Below are positions 10,434 to 22,156 of a stretch of 64,000 bases of DNA, one piece after another. Source of the stretch: an uncultured Acidobacteriota bacterium (GTDB taxonomy: Bacteria; Acidobacteriota; Vicinamibacteria; Fen-336); the NCBI GenBank assembly GCA_963720545.1, contig OY970399.1, positions 2,720,001 through 2,784,000 of the forward strand. Direction: 5' to 3'. Position numbers and translations under genes: made by a program. The stretch's first letter is position 1; each line of letters opens with the position of its first letter. The notes below the pieces were generated by a model. That model had not been told where the DNA came from, made no database searches, and saw only the letters and a program-made list of their open reading frames with translations.

Positions 10434-11333
10434 ATGCGGGTGGTGGTCGCGGGCGGCACCGGTTTCATCGGCTCGCGGGTGGTGGACGAGCTGCTGCGCA
10501 CCGGCAGCGAAGCGGTGGCGATCGCGACGCGCGCTCCGGCGAAGGTGGACACGCGCGGCGGCCGCGTCACCGCGGTGCACGCGCCGGCCGGCGACGCGGC
10601 GGCCTTGCGCGCGGCGTTCGCAGGCGCCGCGGTGGTGGTGCAGGCCGTCCAGTTCCCGAATCACCCGGTGGAAAATCCGCGCCGCGGCCACACATATATG
10701 AAGGTGGATGCCGAGGGCACCGCCGCCGCGGCCGCCGCCGCGCGTGCCGCGGGGGTCTCGCGCTTCGTCTACTTGTCCGGGATCGGCGCCGGGCAGGGCC
10801 GCGAGCAGCCCTGGTTTCGCGCCAAGGACGCGGCCGAGGGCGCGATCCGCGCCGCAGGCCTGGAGCACGTCCTCATCCGGCCGAGCTGGATCTACGGCCC
10901 CGGCGATCGCAGCATGAGCCGCTTCATCGCGCTGTGCCAGCACCTGCCGGTGGTGCCGGTGATCGGCGACGGCGAGAACCGCGTCGCGCCGCTCTTCATC
11001 GACGACGTGGCGCGCTGTGTGGTCGCCGCGGTGCGCCGCCCCGATGCCCAAAACCGGGTGTTCGAGCTGGGTGGGCCGCAGGTGCTGAGCACCAACGAGA
11101 TCCTGCGCACGGTCCAGGACGTTCTCGGCAGGCGCCGGCCATTGCTCCACCAGCCGGCCGCCCTCGTGAAAGTGGGCGCCTGGCCGCTGCAGTTCCTGCC
11201 GAACGCCCCGCTTTCGCCGGCCGCCGTCGACTTCATCGTCCAGGAGGTGACGTTCGATCCGGTGCCGGCATGGGATTTCTTCGGCTTCCCGTTCACGTCG
11301 CTCGCCGAGGGGCTGCGTCGCTACGTTTCCTGA
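10434..11333 (+). CDS. NAD(P)-binding atypical SDR (NDUFA9-like)
   Basis: VVVAGGTGFIG, IRPSWIYGPGD, FELGGP. Confidence 0.85.
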   Translation: MRVVVAGGTGFIGSRVVDELLRTGSEAVAIATRAPAKVDTRGGRVTAVHAPAGDAAALRAAFAGAAVVVQAVQFPNHPVENPRRGHTYMKVDAEGTAAAAAAARAAGVSRFVYLSGIGAGQGREQPWFRAKDAAEGAIRAAGLEHVLIRPSWIYGPGDRSMSRFIALCQHLPVVPVIGDGENRVAPLFIDDVARCVVAAVRRPDAQNRVFELGGPQVLSTNEILRTVQDVLGRRRPLLHQPAALVKVGAWPLQFLPNAPLSPAAVDFIVQEVTFDPVPAWDFFGFPFTSLAEGLRRYVS

Positions 11334-11357
11334 GGCGTCCCCTATACTGAACTCTGG

Positions 11358-12566
11358 ATGAGCAGCACCTACTTCCAGAAGGGCTTCGGCCTCAAGGCCG
11401 CCGTCACGCCGATCCTCGCCGAGAGCTACGGCAGCGGCGTCGTGGAGCGGTTGAAGGCGCTCGGCTACAACGCCCGGGCGGGCGACCTGACGCTGAAGCT
11501 CGCGAAGGAATTCGGCTTCTGCTACGGCGTCGACCGCGCGGTCGAGTACGCCTACCAGACGCGCGAACGCTTTCCCGACAAGGCCGTCTACCTCTCGGGC
11601 GAGATCATCCACAACCCCGAGGTCAACGACCGCATGCGGCGCATGGGCATCCAGATCCTGCCCGAGTCGCACGACCCGGCCACGCGCTATGCCGGCGTCG
11701 GCGACGGCGACGTGGTCATCCTGCCGGCCTTCGGCGTGACCGTCTCCGAGATGGCCGACCTGCGCGCCCGCGGCTCGGTGCTCGTCGACACCACCTGCGG
11801 CAGCGTCCTCAACGTCTGGAAGAACGTCCACAAGTACGCGCGCGACGGCTTCACCGCGGTGATCCACGGCAAGCACTACCACGAGGAAACCAAGGCCACC
11901 GCGTCGCAGGCGCTGACACACGCGGGCGGGCAGTACCTCTGCATCCGCGACCTCGACGAAGCCGCGTTCGTCGCCGCGTTCATCCGTGGCCAGCATGACG
12001 ACCCCGCATTCCTCGAGCGCTTCGCGCACGCGGTGAGCCCCGGCTTTTCGCCGCGCCGCGACCTCGAGCGCATCGGCCTCGCCAACCAGACGACGATGCT
12101 GATGAGCGAGAGCCTGAGCGTGCAGGAGATGCTGCGCCAGGCGATGGCCGAGCGTTACGGGGAAGAGGGCCTGGCCGCGCGCTTCCGCGCCTTCGACACC
12201 ATCTGCTCCGCCACCCAGGAGCGCCAGGACGCGGTCTCCGACATGCTCCGAGCCGGCGGTCTCGACCTGATGATCGTGATCGGCGGCTACAACAGCAGCA
12301 ACACCCAGGCGCTCACGCGCATGTGCGCGTCGCAGCTGCCGACCTTTCACATCGACAGCGCCGCCTGCATCGAAGACGGCGGCGCGCTACGCCACCGCCT
12401 GGTGGGCGACAAGCAGGACACGCGCATCGAGTCGTTCCTGCCGGCCGCAATGGCGACGATCGGCCTCACCGCCGGCGCCTCCACACCCAACAACGTGGTG
12501 GGCGAGGTCCTGCAGCGGATCCTCGCCCTGCGCGGGCTCGACGCCTCTTCCCTGACCGCCTGCTAG
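11358..12566 (+). CDS. ispH: 4-hydroxy-3-methylbut-2-enyl diphosphate reductase
   Basis: GFCYGVDRA, IIHNP, DTTC, NQTT, DTICSATQERQ, SSNT, TAGASTP. Confidence 0.96.
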   Translation: MSSTYFQKGFGLKAAVTPILAESYGSGVVERLKALGYNARAGDLTLKLAKEFGFCYGVDRAVEYAYQTRERFPDKAVYLSGEIIHNPEVNDRMRRMGIQILPESHDPATRYAGVGDGDVVILPAFGVTVSEMADLRARGSVLVDTTCGSVLNVWKNVHKYARDGFTAVIHGKHYHEETKATASQALTHAGGQYLCIRDLDEAAFVAAFIRGQHDDPAFLERFAHAVSPGFSPRRDLERIGLANQTTMLMSESLSVQEMLRQAMAERYGEEGLAARFRAFDTICSATQERQDAVSDMLRAGGLDLMIVIGGYNSSNTQALTRMCASQLPTFHIDSAACIEDGGALRHRLVGDKQDTRIESFLPAAMATIGLTAGASTPNNVVGEVLQRILALRGLDASSLTAC

Positions 12567-12579
12567 GCGGCTTGCGCCC

Positions 12580-14061
12580 TCAACCCCGCGCGGGGTTGTT
12601 GACGTTGAGCTTGCTGTGGTTCCTTCCGTAGAAGAAGTACAGGAAGAAGCCGACGGCCATCCAGACGAACAGCCGGATCCAGGTGTCGAGCGGCAGCCCC
12701 AGCATCAGGCCGAAGGAAACCACGGCCGAAAGGATGGGAATGAACGGCACCATCGGCGTCTTGAACGGCCGCTCGAGGTTCGGGTGGTTCTTGCGCAGCG
12801 CGATGATGCCGAGGCTGACGATCACGAACGCGAGCAGCGTGCCGATGCTGACCAGCTCGCCGAGGATCTTGATCGGCACCAGGCCGGCGAACACCGCGAC
12901 GAACAGGCCGGTCGCGATGGTGGTGATGTAGGGCGTGCGGAAGCGCGGGTGGATGCGGCGCGCGAACTCGGGCAGCAGGCCGTCGTTCGACATCGAGAAC
13001 AGCACCCGCGTCTGGCCCAGCATCATCACCAGCATCACCGAGCTGAGGCCGGCGATGGCGCCGATCTTCACCAGGAACGGCAGGACGTTCAGCAGGCCGG
13101 CCCAGGCCGAGCCCTGCGCCGCCACCTTGGCCGCGTCGATCGCGACCGCCATCGGCGCCGGCGAGCCCAGCTGCGTGTAGGAGACGAGGCCGACCATCAC
13201 GAACGCCAGCAGGACGTAGAGCAGGGTGCACACCGTCAGCGAGCCGAGGATGCCGACCGGCATGTCCTTCTGGGGGTTCCTGGCTTCCTGGGCGGCGGTC
13301 GAAACCGCGTCGAATCCTATGTAGGCGAAGAAGATCTGGCCCGCGCCGCGCAGGATGCCGCTCCAGCCGAACTCGCCGAACTTCCCTGTGTTCGCCGGGA
13401 TGAACGGATGCAGGTTGGCCGTGCTGACGAACCAGATGCCGCTGACGATGACGAGCAGCACCACCGCCACCTTGACGATGACGATGGCCGAGTTCACGTT
13501 CGCCGATTCCTGGATGCCGACGACCAGCAGCCAGGTGACGAGCAGCGTGATGAGCGCCGCCGGCAGGTTGAACATGCCGGCGCTGCCGTCCGGCAGCGTG
13601 TTCCAGGGGCCGACGGTCAACGCCTGCGGAATGTCGATGCCGATCTCGTGGTGCAGGAAGCTCACCACGTATCCCGACCAGCCGACCGCGACGGTGGCGG
13701 CGCCGAACGCGTATTCGAGAACCAGGTCCCAGCCGATGATCCAGGCGACGAACTCACCGAGGGTCGCATAGCCGTAGGTGTAGGCGGAACCCGCGATCGG
13801 CACCGTGGAGGCGAACTCCGCGTAGCACAAGCCGGCGAGCGCGCTGGCGAAGCCGGCGAGCACCATCGAGAGGATGATGGCCGGACCGGCGTGCGCCGCG
13901 GCGGCGTTGCCGGTGAGCACGAAGATGCCGGCGCCGATGATCGCGCCGATGCCGAGAGTGACCAGGTTGACCGGGCCGAGCGCGCGCTTGAGCGTGTGCT
14001 CGCCGGTGGCTTCCGATTCAGCCCTGATCTGCTCGATCGACTTGGTTCTGAACAGCGACAT
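12580..14061 (-). CDS. APC-family amino acid permease (YhdG/CAT-like)
   Basis: LGIGAIIGAGIF, CYAEFAS, GSAYTY, FFAYIGFDAVST; GGAGG RBS; TTGCGC-17-TATGCT upstream. Confidence 0.95.
   Translation of the reverse strand: MSLFRTKSIEQIRAESEATGEHTLKRALGPVNLVTLGIGAIIGAGIFVLTGNAAAAHAGPAIILSMVLAGFASALAGLCYAEFASTVPIAGSAYTYGYATLGEFVAWIIGWDLVLEYAFGAATVAVGWSGYVVSFLHHEIGIDIPQALTVGPWNTLPDGSAGMFNLPAALITLLVTWLLVVGIQESANVNSAIVIVKVAVVLLVIVSGIWFVSTANLHPFIPANTGKFGEFGWSGILRGAGQIFFAYIGFDAVSTAAQEARNPQKDMPVGILGSLTVCTLLYVLLAFVMVGLVSYTQLGSPAPMAVAIDAAKVAAQGSAWAGLLNVLPFLVKIGAIAGLSSVMLVMMLGQTRVLFSMSNDGLLPEFARRIHPRFRTPYITTIATGLFVAVFAGLVPIKILGELVSIGTLLAFVIVSLGIIALRKNHPNLERPFKTPMVPFIPILSAVVSFGLMLGLPLDTWIRLFVWMAVGFFLYFFYGRNHSKLNVNNPARG
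12581..12598. terminator. Palindrome/hairpin at the junction of convergent ispH and permease genes
   Basis: CAACCCCGC-GCGGGGTTG, overlapping the permease stop codon; U-tract is weak. Confidence 0.4.
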
Positions 14062-14164
14062 TGATCCTCCGTGGGGACGTTTGGCGGCTCGCGTGGCGCG
14101 CTTTCAGACACGCGGAGCATAGGTCCCGGTTGTGGTCAGCGCAACCGGCAGCGGCTACATCGGC

Positions 14165-15088
14165 CTATTGAAGGCGACGCGCCGGTAGCGGCACGTTGCA
14201 CAGGTCGATCCGGCCTGCGGCGCGGCTGAACCATTCCTCGCGGCGGTTGCGCCGCGATTCGACCAGCGCCGCGAAGGTTGCCGTATCGGTGCGCAGCACC
14301 TCGTAGCGGGTGCGCTCGCCTTGCGGCACGTCCGCTTCCAGGCGCATCCCGGTGAGCGGGATGCGCTGTTCGGGCTTGTCGTAGAAGCCCATCGGCGCGC
14401 TGCCGCGCGGCAGCGACGACAGGAGTTCCATGCCGGCGATCACGCGGCCGAAGAGCGTGACGTTGCGGTCGAGCTGCCGCGGGTGATGGCCGATGACGAC
14501 GTACAGTTCGCGCCCGCCGCCGCTGTCGGGATCGGGGTTGCGGCCGGCGCCCACCATGCCGTAGCAGTGCGCGAGCCACGCGGCCTTCGCCTGCGGATCG
14601 CGCGCCGCGGGCATGCCGAAGGCGAAGCCGACCTCGGGCGCGTACACGTCGCCGTCCGGCAGCGCGGTCCACTGCGTCAGCCCTGCAGCCGGCCGCTCGA
14701 ACTCGGCCTTGGTGTTCGCGTTTGCGGCCTTCACCGCCTTGGCTTTCGCGGGCGTGTCCGAGTCGGGGTCGCCCCACTGGGTGACATAGTTGTCCTGGAC
14801 GCGGTTGATGGTGAGGCCGTCGTAGAACCTCTCCGCCATCAGCGCCTTGATGTCGCGGACGTGATCTGGTGCGAAGGCCGGGGCCAGCTCGATGACGACG
14901 CGGCCTGCGCCGCGTATCTCCATGTAGACGGTGTTCTGCGGGTCGAGCGCCCGCCAGTCGCCGGGCTGCGAAGCGTCCAGGACCTGCTGCATGGTCGTCG
15001 CCGGGGCTTTCGCCGCCTGCGCCGGCTGCGCTGCGGCGGCGAAGCCGGGGGTGAGGATCGCGGCAAACGCGAGGCAAGCCTTGTTCAT
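14165..15088 (-). CDS. Secreted cyclophilin-type peptidyl-prolyl isomerase
   Basis: Signal peptide; [42 protein letters not shown]. Confidence 0.88.
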   Translation of the reverse strand: MNKACLAFAAILTPGFAAAAQPAQAAKAPATTMQQVLDASQPGDWRALDPQNTVYMEIRGAGRVVIELAPAFAPDHVRDIKALMAERFYDGLTINRVQDNYVTQWGDPDSDTPAKAKAVKAANANTKAEFERPAAGLTQWTALPDGDVYAPEVGFAFGMPAARDPQAKAAWLAHCYGMVGAGRNPDPDSGGGRELYVVIGHHPRQLDRNVTLFGRVIAGMELLSSLPRGSAPMGFYDKPEQRIPLTGMRLEADVPQGERTRYEVLRTDTATFAALVESRRNRREEWFSRAAGRIDLCNVPLPARRLQ

Positions 15089-16071
15089 AACGCTCCCGGG
15101 AGTTCCCGCGCGCACGCGCCGGCGCCCAGCAGCGCCAGCTTGTCGTTGAGGATGATGCGCACCGGCATGGATTGCAGCAGGCCGCGCATCCGGCCCTTGG
15201 CGAGGAAGCCCTCGAGGAAGGTGCCATCCGTCATCTTCGCCATGTTCTTCGGCGCGACCCCGCCGCCGATGTAGAGGCCGCCTCGCGCCATCGTCTTGAG
15301 GGCGAGGTTGCCGGCCTCCGAACCGTAGAGCGAAATGAACAGCGAAAGCGCCGCGACCGAGAGCGCGTCGCCGCCGCGTAGCCCTTCGGCGGAGATGACG
15401 GCCGAGGGATCGCCGCTCGCCATGCGCGCTGCGACCCCGGGCGACTCGGCGCCGCGGCCGGTGTCGCGCAGGAAGCGATAGACGTTGAGGAGGCCAGGGC
15501 CGGAGACGACGCGCTCCCAGCTGACGTGCTCGGTGAACTCGCGCGCGAGGAAGCGCAGCAACTCGATCTCGACCTCGTTGCGCGGCGAAAAGTCGGTGTG
15601 GCCGCCTTCAGCGGCCCACGGCCGGTGGCGCTTGCCGTCGAAGTAGAGCCCGGCTTCGCCGAGGCCGGTGCCCGCGGAGATGATCGCCTGGTTGCCGGCG
15701 GCGCCGCGTTCGCCCGGCTGCAGCTCCACCATGTCCTCGGGCCGCAGCAGGGTGAGCCCGTAGGCGTTCGCCTCGAGGTCGTTGATCAGGAGGGTCGCCG
15801 CCTTGCCAAGCAACGGGCGCAGCACGGCGGAGTCGATGGTCCACGGCAGGTTGGTGGCTGTGCACTTGCCGTCGCGGATCGGGCCGGCGATGCCGAAGCA
15901 GGCGGCGCGCACTTCGGGTCGGTGCTTGTCGAGGAACAGCCGCACGATCTCCTCGAAGGCCGCATGCTTGCGGCTCGGGTAGATCTCGATTGCCTCCGGG
16001 TCGCGCTGCTGCGGGTCGGTCCAGAGGGCGAGGATCGTCTTGGTGCCGCCGACGTCCCCCGCCAGGATCAT
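15085..16071 (-). CDS. glk: Glucokinase
   Basis: [39 protein letters not shown]. Confidence 0.96.
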   Translation of the reverse strand: MILAGDVGGTKTILALWTDPQQRDPEAIEIYPSRKHAAFEEIVRLFLDKHRPEVRAACFGIAGPIRDGKCTATNLPWTIDSAVLRPLLGKAATLLINDLEANAYGLTLLRPEDMVELQPGERGAAGNQAIISAGTGLGEAGLYFDGKRHRPWAAEGGHTDFSPRNEVEIELLRFLAREFTEHVSWERVVSGPGLLNVYRFLRDTGRGAESPGVAARMASGDPSAVISAEGLRGGDALSVAALSLFISLYGSEAGNLALKTMARGGLYIGGGVAPKNMAKMTDGTFLEGFLAKGRMRGLLQSMPVRIILNDKLALLGAGACARELPGAL

Positions 16072-16781
16072 GTGCGAAGACTACTCGCGGCGGCATCCAG
16101 GAGAAACACGCATTCGCGCGCCTCGCGGCCGACGCGCGCCACCGGCAGCGCCGACTCGGGATCGTCGAGCGCCGCGGCCATGACCGTGGCCTTGGCGGCG
16201 CCCATCGCCACGATGACGACGAGGCGTGCGGCGACGATGAACGGCAGGCTCAGCGTCAGGCGGCGCGGCGGGGCTTTCGGCGCATTGCGCACCGCCGCGA
16301 CGCGCGGGCCGGCCTGGTCGAGCACCGGGTGCCCCGGGAACAGCGACGCCACGTGGCCATCCGGGCCGACGCCGAGCAGCACGCAGTCGAGCGTGCCCTT
16401 CGCGCCGAGCACCGATGCGAGCGTCGCGTCGTAAGCACGCGCGGCGGCATCCAGGTCCTTCGGGTCGCCGGTCACCATGCCGTGAACCCGGCCGCGCCGC
16501 GCGCCGACCGGATCGAGCAGCAGCTGGCGGGCGAGGCCGTAGTTCGACTCCGGGTCGTGCGCGGGCACCGCGCGCTCGTCGCACCAGAAGAACTCGACCG
16601 CCGACCATGGGATGTCGCTGGCCGCGAGCATCGGGAAGAAGGTGGTCGCAACCGACCCGCCCGGCAGCGCCAGCGAACCGCGGCCGGTGTCGACGATGCC
16701 GCGGCTCAGCGCGCCACGCACCTGGCCGATGAGGGCGTGTGACATTTCCTGTACGGAGCCGATGATGACTTGCGGGGCCAT
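16068..16781 (-). CDS. pgl: 6-phosphogluconolactonase
   Basis: LPGGS, DERAVP, SNY, LLGVGPDGHVASLFP, PKAPPRRLTL; alternative start 16745. Confidence 0.93.
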   Translation of the reverse strand: MAPQVIIGSVQEMSHALIGQVRGALSRGIVDTGRGSLALPGGSVATTFFPMLAASDIPWSAVEFFWCDERAVPAHDPESNYGLARQLLLDPVGARRGRVHGMVTGDPKDLDAAARAYDATLASVLGAKGTLDCVLLGVGPDGHVASLFPGHPVLDQAGPRVAAVRNAPKAPPRRLTLSLPFIVAARLVVIVAMGAAKATVMAAALDDPESALPVARVGREARECVFLLDAAASSLRT

Positions 16782-16800
16782 GGCGCGGTAAGTTTCTCAC

Positions 16801-18864
16801 TTGACCACCACCAACGATATCGACGCCCTCAGCATCAACACCATCCGCACCCTGTCGATGGACGCGGTGCAGCAGGCGAACTCCGGACACCCCGGGACGC
16901 CGATGGCCATGGCGCCCGTCGCCTACACTTTGTGGCAGCGCCACCTGCGCTTCGATCCCGACAATCCGGTCTGGCAGAACCGCGACCGCTTCGTGCTGTC
17001 CATGGGGCACGCGTCGATGCTGCTCTATTCGCTGCTGCACCTGGCGGGGGTCAAGGCGGTGAACCCGAAGTACGAGGCGCTCGGCGAGCCGGCGGTGACG
17101 CTCGACGACATCAAGCACTTCCGCCAGCTCGACAGCAAGACGCCGGGCCATCCCGAGTACCGCTGGACGTCGGGCGTCGAAACCACCACCGGCCCGCTCG
17201 GCCAGGGGCTCGCGAACAGCGTCGGCATGGCGATGGCATCGCGCTTCCTCGCGGCCACCTACAACAGGCCGGGCTTCACGATGTTCGACTTCGACGTCTA
17301 CGCGATGGGCGGCGACGGCTGCTTCATGGAAGGGCTCTCGTCCGAGGCGGCGTCGCTCGCCGGCCACCTCAAGCTCGCGAACCTCTGCTGGATCTACGAC
17401 AACAACCACATCACGATCGAGGGCCACACCGAGCTCGCGTTCTCCGAGGACGTCGGCACGCGCTTCCAGGCCTACGGCTGGAACGTGGTGCGCGTCAGCG
17501 ACGCCAACGACACCGACCGCCTCGACCTCGCCCTCACCACCTTCAAGGAAACCGCCGACCGGCCGACGCTGATCATCGTCGACAGCCACATCGGCTACGG
17601 CGCGCCCACCAAGCAGGACACCCATACGGCCCACGGCGAGCCGCTGGGCGACGAGGAGATTCGCCTGGCGAAGACGTTCTACGGCTGGCCGCCCGACGCG
17701 AAGTTCCTGGTGCCGGACGGCGTGCGCGAGCGTTTTGCCGAAGGTGTGGGCGCGCGCGGGGCCAGGGCGCGCAAGGAATGGATGGCGCGCCTCGAGAGCT
17801 ACCGCCAGCAGTTTCCGGCGGAGGCCGAAGCGCTCGACCGCATGCAGCGCCGCAACCTGCCCGACGGCTGGGACAAGGACATCCCGACCTTCCCGGCCGA
17901 CGTCAAGGGCATCGCGAGTCGCGACTCGTCCGCGAAGGTGCTGAACGCCATCGCGCCGAACCTGCCGTGGCTTTTAGGCGGCTCGGCCGACCTGGCGCCG
18001 TCCACCAAGACGCGCCTCACGTTTCCGGGCGCCGGCGACTTCGAGGCCGGCAGCTACAGCGGACGCAACCTGCACTTCGGCATCCGCGAACACGCGATGG
18101 GCGCCATCCTCAACGGCATGTCGCTCTCCAAGGTGCGGCCCTACGGCTCGGGCTTCCTCATCTTCAGCGACTACGGCCGCGGCTCGCTGCGCCTCGGCGC
18201 GATCATGGAGCTGCCGGTCATCTACGTCTTCACCCACGACTCGATCGGCGTGGGCGAGGACGGTCCGACCCACCAGCCGGTGGAGCACCTTGCCTCGCTG
18301 CGCGCCATCCCGGGCCTGCTCACCATCCGCCCCGGCGACGCGAACGAAGTGGCCGAAGCCTGGCGCCTCATCCTGCAGCTGCGCCACGAGCCGGCGGCCC
18401 TCATCCTCAGCCGCCAGGCGCTGCCGACGCTCGACCGCTCGCGCTACGCGCCGGCCGCGGGCCTGCAGCGCGGCGCGTACGTGCTGGGGGACGCGCCGGG
18501 CGCGGCGCCCGAGGTGCTGCTGCTCGGCACCGGCAGCGAGGTGTCGTTGTGCGTCGCCGCGCACGAAGATCTGCTGGCGCGCGGGGTGCGCAGCCGCGTC
18601 GTCAGCATGCCGAGCTGGGAGATCTTCGAAAAGCAGCCGCAGGACTATCGCGACGCCGTGCTGCCGCCGCAGGTAACGGCACGCGTCTCGGTGGAGCAGG
18701 CCTCGACATTCGGCTGGGAGCGCTACGTCGGCAGCGGCGGGCGCAAGATCGGGATGCACACCTTCGGCGCCTCGGCGCCGCTGAAGGCGCTGCAGGGCAA
18801 GTTCGGGTTCGAGCCTGCCCGGGTCGTGGCCGCGGCGCTTGAGGTGCTCGGAAGAAAGGCGTAG
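16801..18864 (+). CDS. tkt: Transketolase
   Basis: [46 protein letters not shown] start. Confidence 0.97.
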   Translation: MTTTNDIDALSINTIRTLSMDAVQQANSGHPGTPMAMAPVAYTLWQRHLRFDPDNPVWQNRDRFVLSMGHASMLLYSLLHLAGVKAVNPKYEALGEPAVTLDDIKHFRQLDSKTPGHPEYRWTSGVETTTGPLGQGLANSVGMAMASRFLAATYNRPGFTMFDFDVYAMGGDGCFMEGLSSEAASLAGHLKLANLCWIYDNNHITIEGHTELAFSEDVGTRFQAYGWNVVRVSDANDTDRLDLALTTFKETADRPTLIIVDSHIGYGAPTKQDTHTAHGEPLGDEEIRLAKTFYGWPPDAKFLVPDGVRERFAEGVGARGARARKEWMARLESYRQQFPAEAEALDRMQRRNLPDGWDKDIPTFPADVKGIASRDSSAKVLNAIAPNLPWLLGGSADLAPSTKTRLTFPGAGDFEAGSYSGRNLHFGIREHAMGAILNGMSLSKVRPYGSGFLIFSDYGRGSLRLGAIMELPVIYVFTHDSIGVGEDGPTHQPVEHLASLRAIPGLLTIRPGDANEVAEAWRLILQLRHEPAALILSRQALPTLDRSRYAPAAGLQRGAYVLGDAPGAAPEVLLLGTGSEVSLCVAAHEDLLARGVRSRVVSMPSWEIFEKQPQDYRDAVLPPQVTARVSVEQASTFGWERYVGSGGRKIGMHTFGASAPLKALQGKFGFEPARVVAAALEVLGRKA

Positions 18865-18872
18865 CAGGAACC

Positions 18873-19319
18873 ATGCGACTCGCGATGAGCGCCGACCATG
18901 CGGGCTATGAAATGAAGGACGCGCTGGCGGCGCAGCTGCGCACCGCCGGCTACGACGTCTCGGACCTCGGCACCAACTCGGCGGCCGCCGTGGACTATCC
19001 CGACTTCGCGGCGGCGGTGGCGCGCGCGGTGGCCGGCGGCGACGCCGACCGCGGCATCGTCATCTGCGGCAGCGGGGTTGGGGCCTCGATCGCGGCCAAC
19101 AAGGTGCGCGGCGCGCGCGCCGGCTTGTGCCACGACTGCTATTCGGCGAAGCAGGGGGTCGAGCACGACGACATGAACATCCTGGTTCTGGGCGCCCGCG
19201 TCGTCGGCCCCGCGCTCGCGACCGAACTGGTGCGCGCGTTCCTCGCGGGAAATTTCAGCAACGAAGAGCGGCACGTGCGGCGGCTGGCGAAAGTCGCCGC
19301 CCTGGAGGAAGCACCATGA
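18873..19319 (+). CDS. rpiB: Ribose-5-phosphate isomerase B
   Basis: DHAG, DYPD, CGSGVG, ANKVRG, RHVRR. Confidence 0.95.
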   Translation: MRLAMSADHAGYEMKDALAAQLRTAGYDVSDLGTNSAAAVDYPDFAAAVARAVAGGDADRGIVICGSGVGASIAANKVRGARAGLCHDCYSAKQGVEHDDMNILVLGARVVGPALATELVRAFLAGNFSNEERHVRRLAKVAALEEAP

Positions 19320-22153
19320 ATCCGGTTGCAGACCTGCGCAATTTCGGCCAGGCCGTCTGGCTCGACTACATCCGCCGCAACATCATCAAGAACGGCGACC
19401 TGCGGCGCTACGTCGAGTCGGACGGGCTGCGCGGCGTCACCTCGAACCCCGCCATCTTCGAGAAGGCGATCGACGGCAGCAACGACTACGCCGAGCAGAT
19501 CGCCGAACTGAGCGCCGACGCGCGGCTCGCGCCGAAGGACATCTTCGAGGCGGTGGCGGTCAAGGACATCCAGGACGCTGCCGACGTGCTGCGGCCGGTG
19601 TACGACGAACTGGACGGCAAGGACGGCTACGTCAGCATCGAGGTGTCGCCCGATCTCGCGAACGACACCCAGGCGACGCTCGAGGAGGCGCGCCGGCTGT
19701 GGGCCAGGGTGGCGCGGCCCAACGTGATGGTGAAGGTTCCGGCCACCCACGCCGGCATCCCCGCGATCCAGGCGCTGATCACCGAGGGCATAAACGTCAA
19801 CATCACGCTGCTGTTCGGCCGCGACTTCTACGAAGCCGTGGCACACGCGTACGTCGCCGGCCTGCAGGCGCGCGCCGCCGCCGGCCACGACATCGCGCGC
19901 GTCGCGAGCGTTGCGAGCTTCTTCGTCAGCCGCATCGACACCGCTGTCGACAACGACCTGGCGGAGCGCGCCAAGGCGGCGAAGGGTGCCGACCGGGAAA
20001 AGCTCGAGCGGCTCATGGGCAAGGTGGCGGTCGCGAACGCCAAGCTGGCCTACGTGAGCTACAAGGAAATCTTCGCCGGCGCGGCGTGGCAGGCACTCGC
20101 GGCGAAGGGCGCGCGCGTGCAGCGGCTGCTCTGGGCTTCGACCGGCACCAAGAACCCGAACTACAGCGACGTCCTGTACGTCGAGGAGCTGATCGGCGCC
20201 GACACCGTCAACACCATGCCGCCGGAGACGCTCGCCGCGTTCCGCGACCACGGCAAGCTGGCCGCGACGCTCGAGGCGGATGTCGCGGGCGCGCGCGCGG
20301 TGCTCGCCGACCTCGAGGGCGTTGGCATCTCGCTGCAGAAGGTCACCGACGACCTCATCGAGGACGGGCTCAAGAAGTTCGTCGAACCGTTCACCAAGCT
20401 GCTGAAGGCGGTGGCGCGCAGGGCGCGCGAAGCCAACAAGGCGCACCTCAACACCCAGTCGCGCTCGCTGCCCGCGGCGCTCGAGGAGGCGGTGGCCGAG
20501 CGCCTGCGCCAGTTCGACGCGGACGGCGGCACGCGCCGCCTGTTCGCCGCCGATGCGTCCTTCTGGACCGGCAAGGACGAAGCCAGCTGGCTGGGCTGGC
20601 TCGGCGTCGCCGAGCAGCAGCTGGACGCTGCCGCGCAGTTTGCGGCGCTGCGCGAGGAGGCGCGGCGCGAAGGCTTCGACCACATCCTGCTCATGGGCAT
20701 GGGCGGTTCGAGCCTCTGCCCCGAGGTGCTGCGCAAGACCTTCGGCGTGATCCCGGGCTCGCCCGAGCTGCACGTCCTCGACTCGACCGACCCCGCGCAG
20801 ATCCAGGCGACCGAGGCCAAGCTCGACCTGAAGAAGACCCTCTTCATCGTCTCGAGCAAGTCGGGCTCGACGCTCGAGCCCAACATCTTCAAGGCGTACT
20901 TCTTCGACCGCGTGAACCTGGCGCTCGGCAACGGCAAGGCCGGCAGCCGCTTCGTCGCCATCACCGATCCCGGCTCGGCGCTGCAGAAGGAGGCCGAAGC
21001 CGATTCGTTCCGCCACGTCTACCCGGGCCTCAAGAACGTCGGCGGCCGCTATTCGGCGCTCACCAACTTCGGCATGGTGCCGGCCGCGGCGATGGGCCTC
21101 GACGTCGAGGCGCTGCTCGACGAAGCCATGCGCATGCTGCAGGCGTGCGCGCCCGGCGTGCCGGCAGCGGAAAATCCCGGCCTGGTGCTCGGCACGGTCA
21201 TGGGTGTGGCCGCGCAGCACGGCATCGACAAGCTGACGATCGCGGCCTCGCCCGGGCTTTCCGACCTCGGCGCCTGGCTCGAGCAGCTGGTGGCCGAGTC
21301 GACCGGCAAGAACGGCAAGGGCATCGTCCCGGTGGACCGCGAACAGCTCGCCGATGCCGCCGCCTACCACTCCGACCGGCTGTTCGTGTACGTGCGCCTC
21401 GATGCGGCGCCCGACGCGAAACAGGAAGCCGCGATCACGAGCCTCGAAGCCGCCGGCCATCCGGTGGTGCGCATCGGCGTCGCCACTCGCCAGGACCTGG
21501 CGGAGGAGTTCATCCGCTGGGAGATCGCGACCGCAGTGGCCGGCGCCATCCTGGGGATCAACCCGTTCGACCAGCCCGACGTCGAGGCAAGCAAGATCGC
21601 GACCCGCGCTCTCACCAACGAGTACGAAAAGACCGGACAGCTGCCGGCGGAGAAGCCGTTCTTCACCGACAACGGCATCAGCCTGTTCGCGGATGCGGCG
21701 AACGCCTCGGCGCTCGAGAAGCTGGTGGCGAAGCCTTCGCTCGCGGCCTTCCTCGAGGCGCACGTCGGCCGCGCCGGCAGCAGCGACTACTTCGCCCTCC
21801 TCGCCTACATCGAGATGAACGCGGCGCACGAGGCCGAGCTGCAGGCGATGCGCCACAAGGTGCGCGACGACCGCAAGGTCGCCACCTGCGTCGGCTTCGG
21901 GCCGCGCTTCCTGCACTCGACCGGCCAGGCGTACAAGGGCGGCCCCAACAGCGGCGTGTTCCTGCAGCTCACCTGCGACGACGCGAAGGACGTGGCGGTG
22001 CCGGGCAAGGGCTACACGTTCGGCGTCGTCAAGGCGGCGCAGGCGCGCGGCGACTTCCAGGTGCTCGCCGAGCGCGGGCGCCGGGCGCTGCGCGTGCACA
22101 TGAACGACGTGGCGAGCGGCCTGAAGACGCTGCGCAAGGCACTGGGGGCGTAG
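19316..22153 (+). CDS. Bifunctional transaldolase / glucose-6-phosphate isomerase
   Basis: [23 protein letters not shown] followed by [29 protein letters not shown]. Confidence 0.95.
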   Translation: MNPVADLRNFGQAVWLDYIRRNIIKNGDLRRYVESDGLRGVTSNPAIFEKAIDGSNDYAEQIAELSADARLAPKDIFEAVAVKDIQDAADVLRPVYDELDGKDGYVSIEVSPDLANDTQATLEEARRLWARVARPNVMVKVPATHAGIPAIQALITEGINVNITLLFGRDFYEAVAHAYVAGLQARAAAGHDIARVASVASFFVSRIDTAVDNDLAERAKAAKGADREKLERLMGKVAVANAKLAYVSYKEIFAGAAWQALAAKGARVQRLLWASTGTKNPNYSDVLYVEELIGADTVNTMPPETLAAFRDHGKLAATLEADVAGARAVLADLEGVGISLQKVTDDLIEDGLKKFVEPFTKLLKAVARRAREANKAHLNTQSRSLPAALEEAVAERLRQFDADGGTRRLFAADASFWTGKDEASWLGWLGVAEQQLDAAAQFAALREEARREGFDHILLMGMGGSSLCPEVLRKTFGVIPGSPELHVLDSTDPAQIQATEAKLDLKKTLFIVSSKSGSTLEPNIFKAYFFDRVNLALGNGKAGSRFVAITDPGSALQKEAEADSFRHVYPGLKNVGGRYSALTNFGMVPAAAMGLDVEALLDEAMRMLQACAPGVPAAENPGLVLGTVMGVAAQHGIDKLTIAASPGLSDLGAWLEQLVAESTGKNGKGIVPVDREQLADAAAYHSDRLFVYVRLDAAPDAKQEAAITSLEAAGHPVVRIGVATRQDLAEEFIRWEIATAVAGAILGINPFDQPDVEASKIATRALTNEYEKTGQLPAEKPFFTDNGISLFADAANASALEKLVAKPSLAAFLEAHVGRAGSSDYFALLAYIEMNAAHEAELQAMRHKVRDDRKVATCVGFGPRFLHSTGQAYKGGPNSGVFLQLTCDDAKDVAVPGKGYTFGVVKAAQARGDFQVLAERGRRALRVHMNDVASGLKTLRKALGA

Positions 22154-22156
22154 GCA

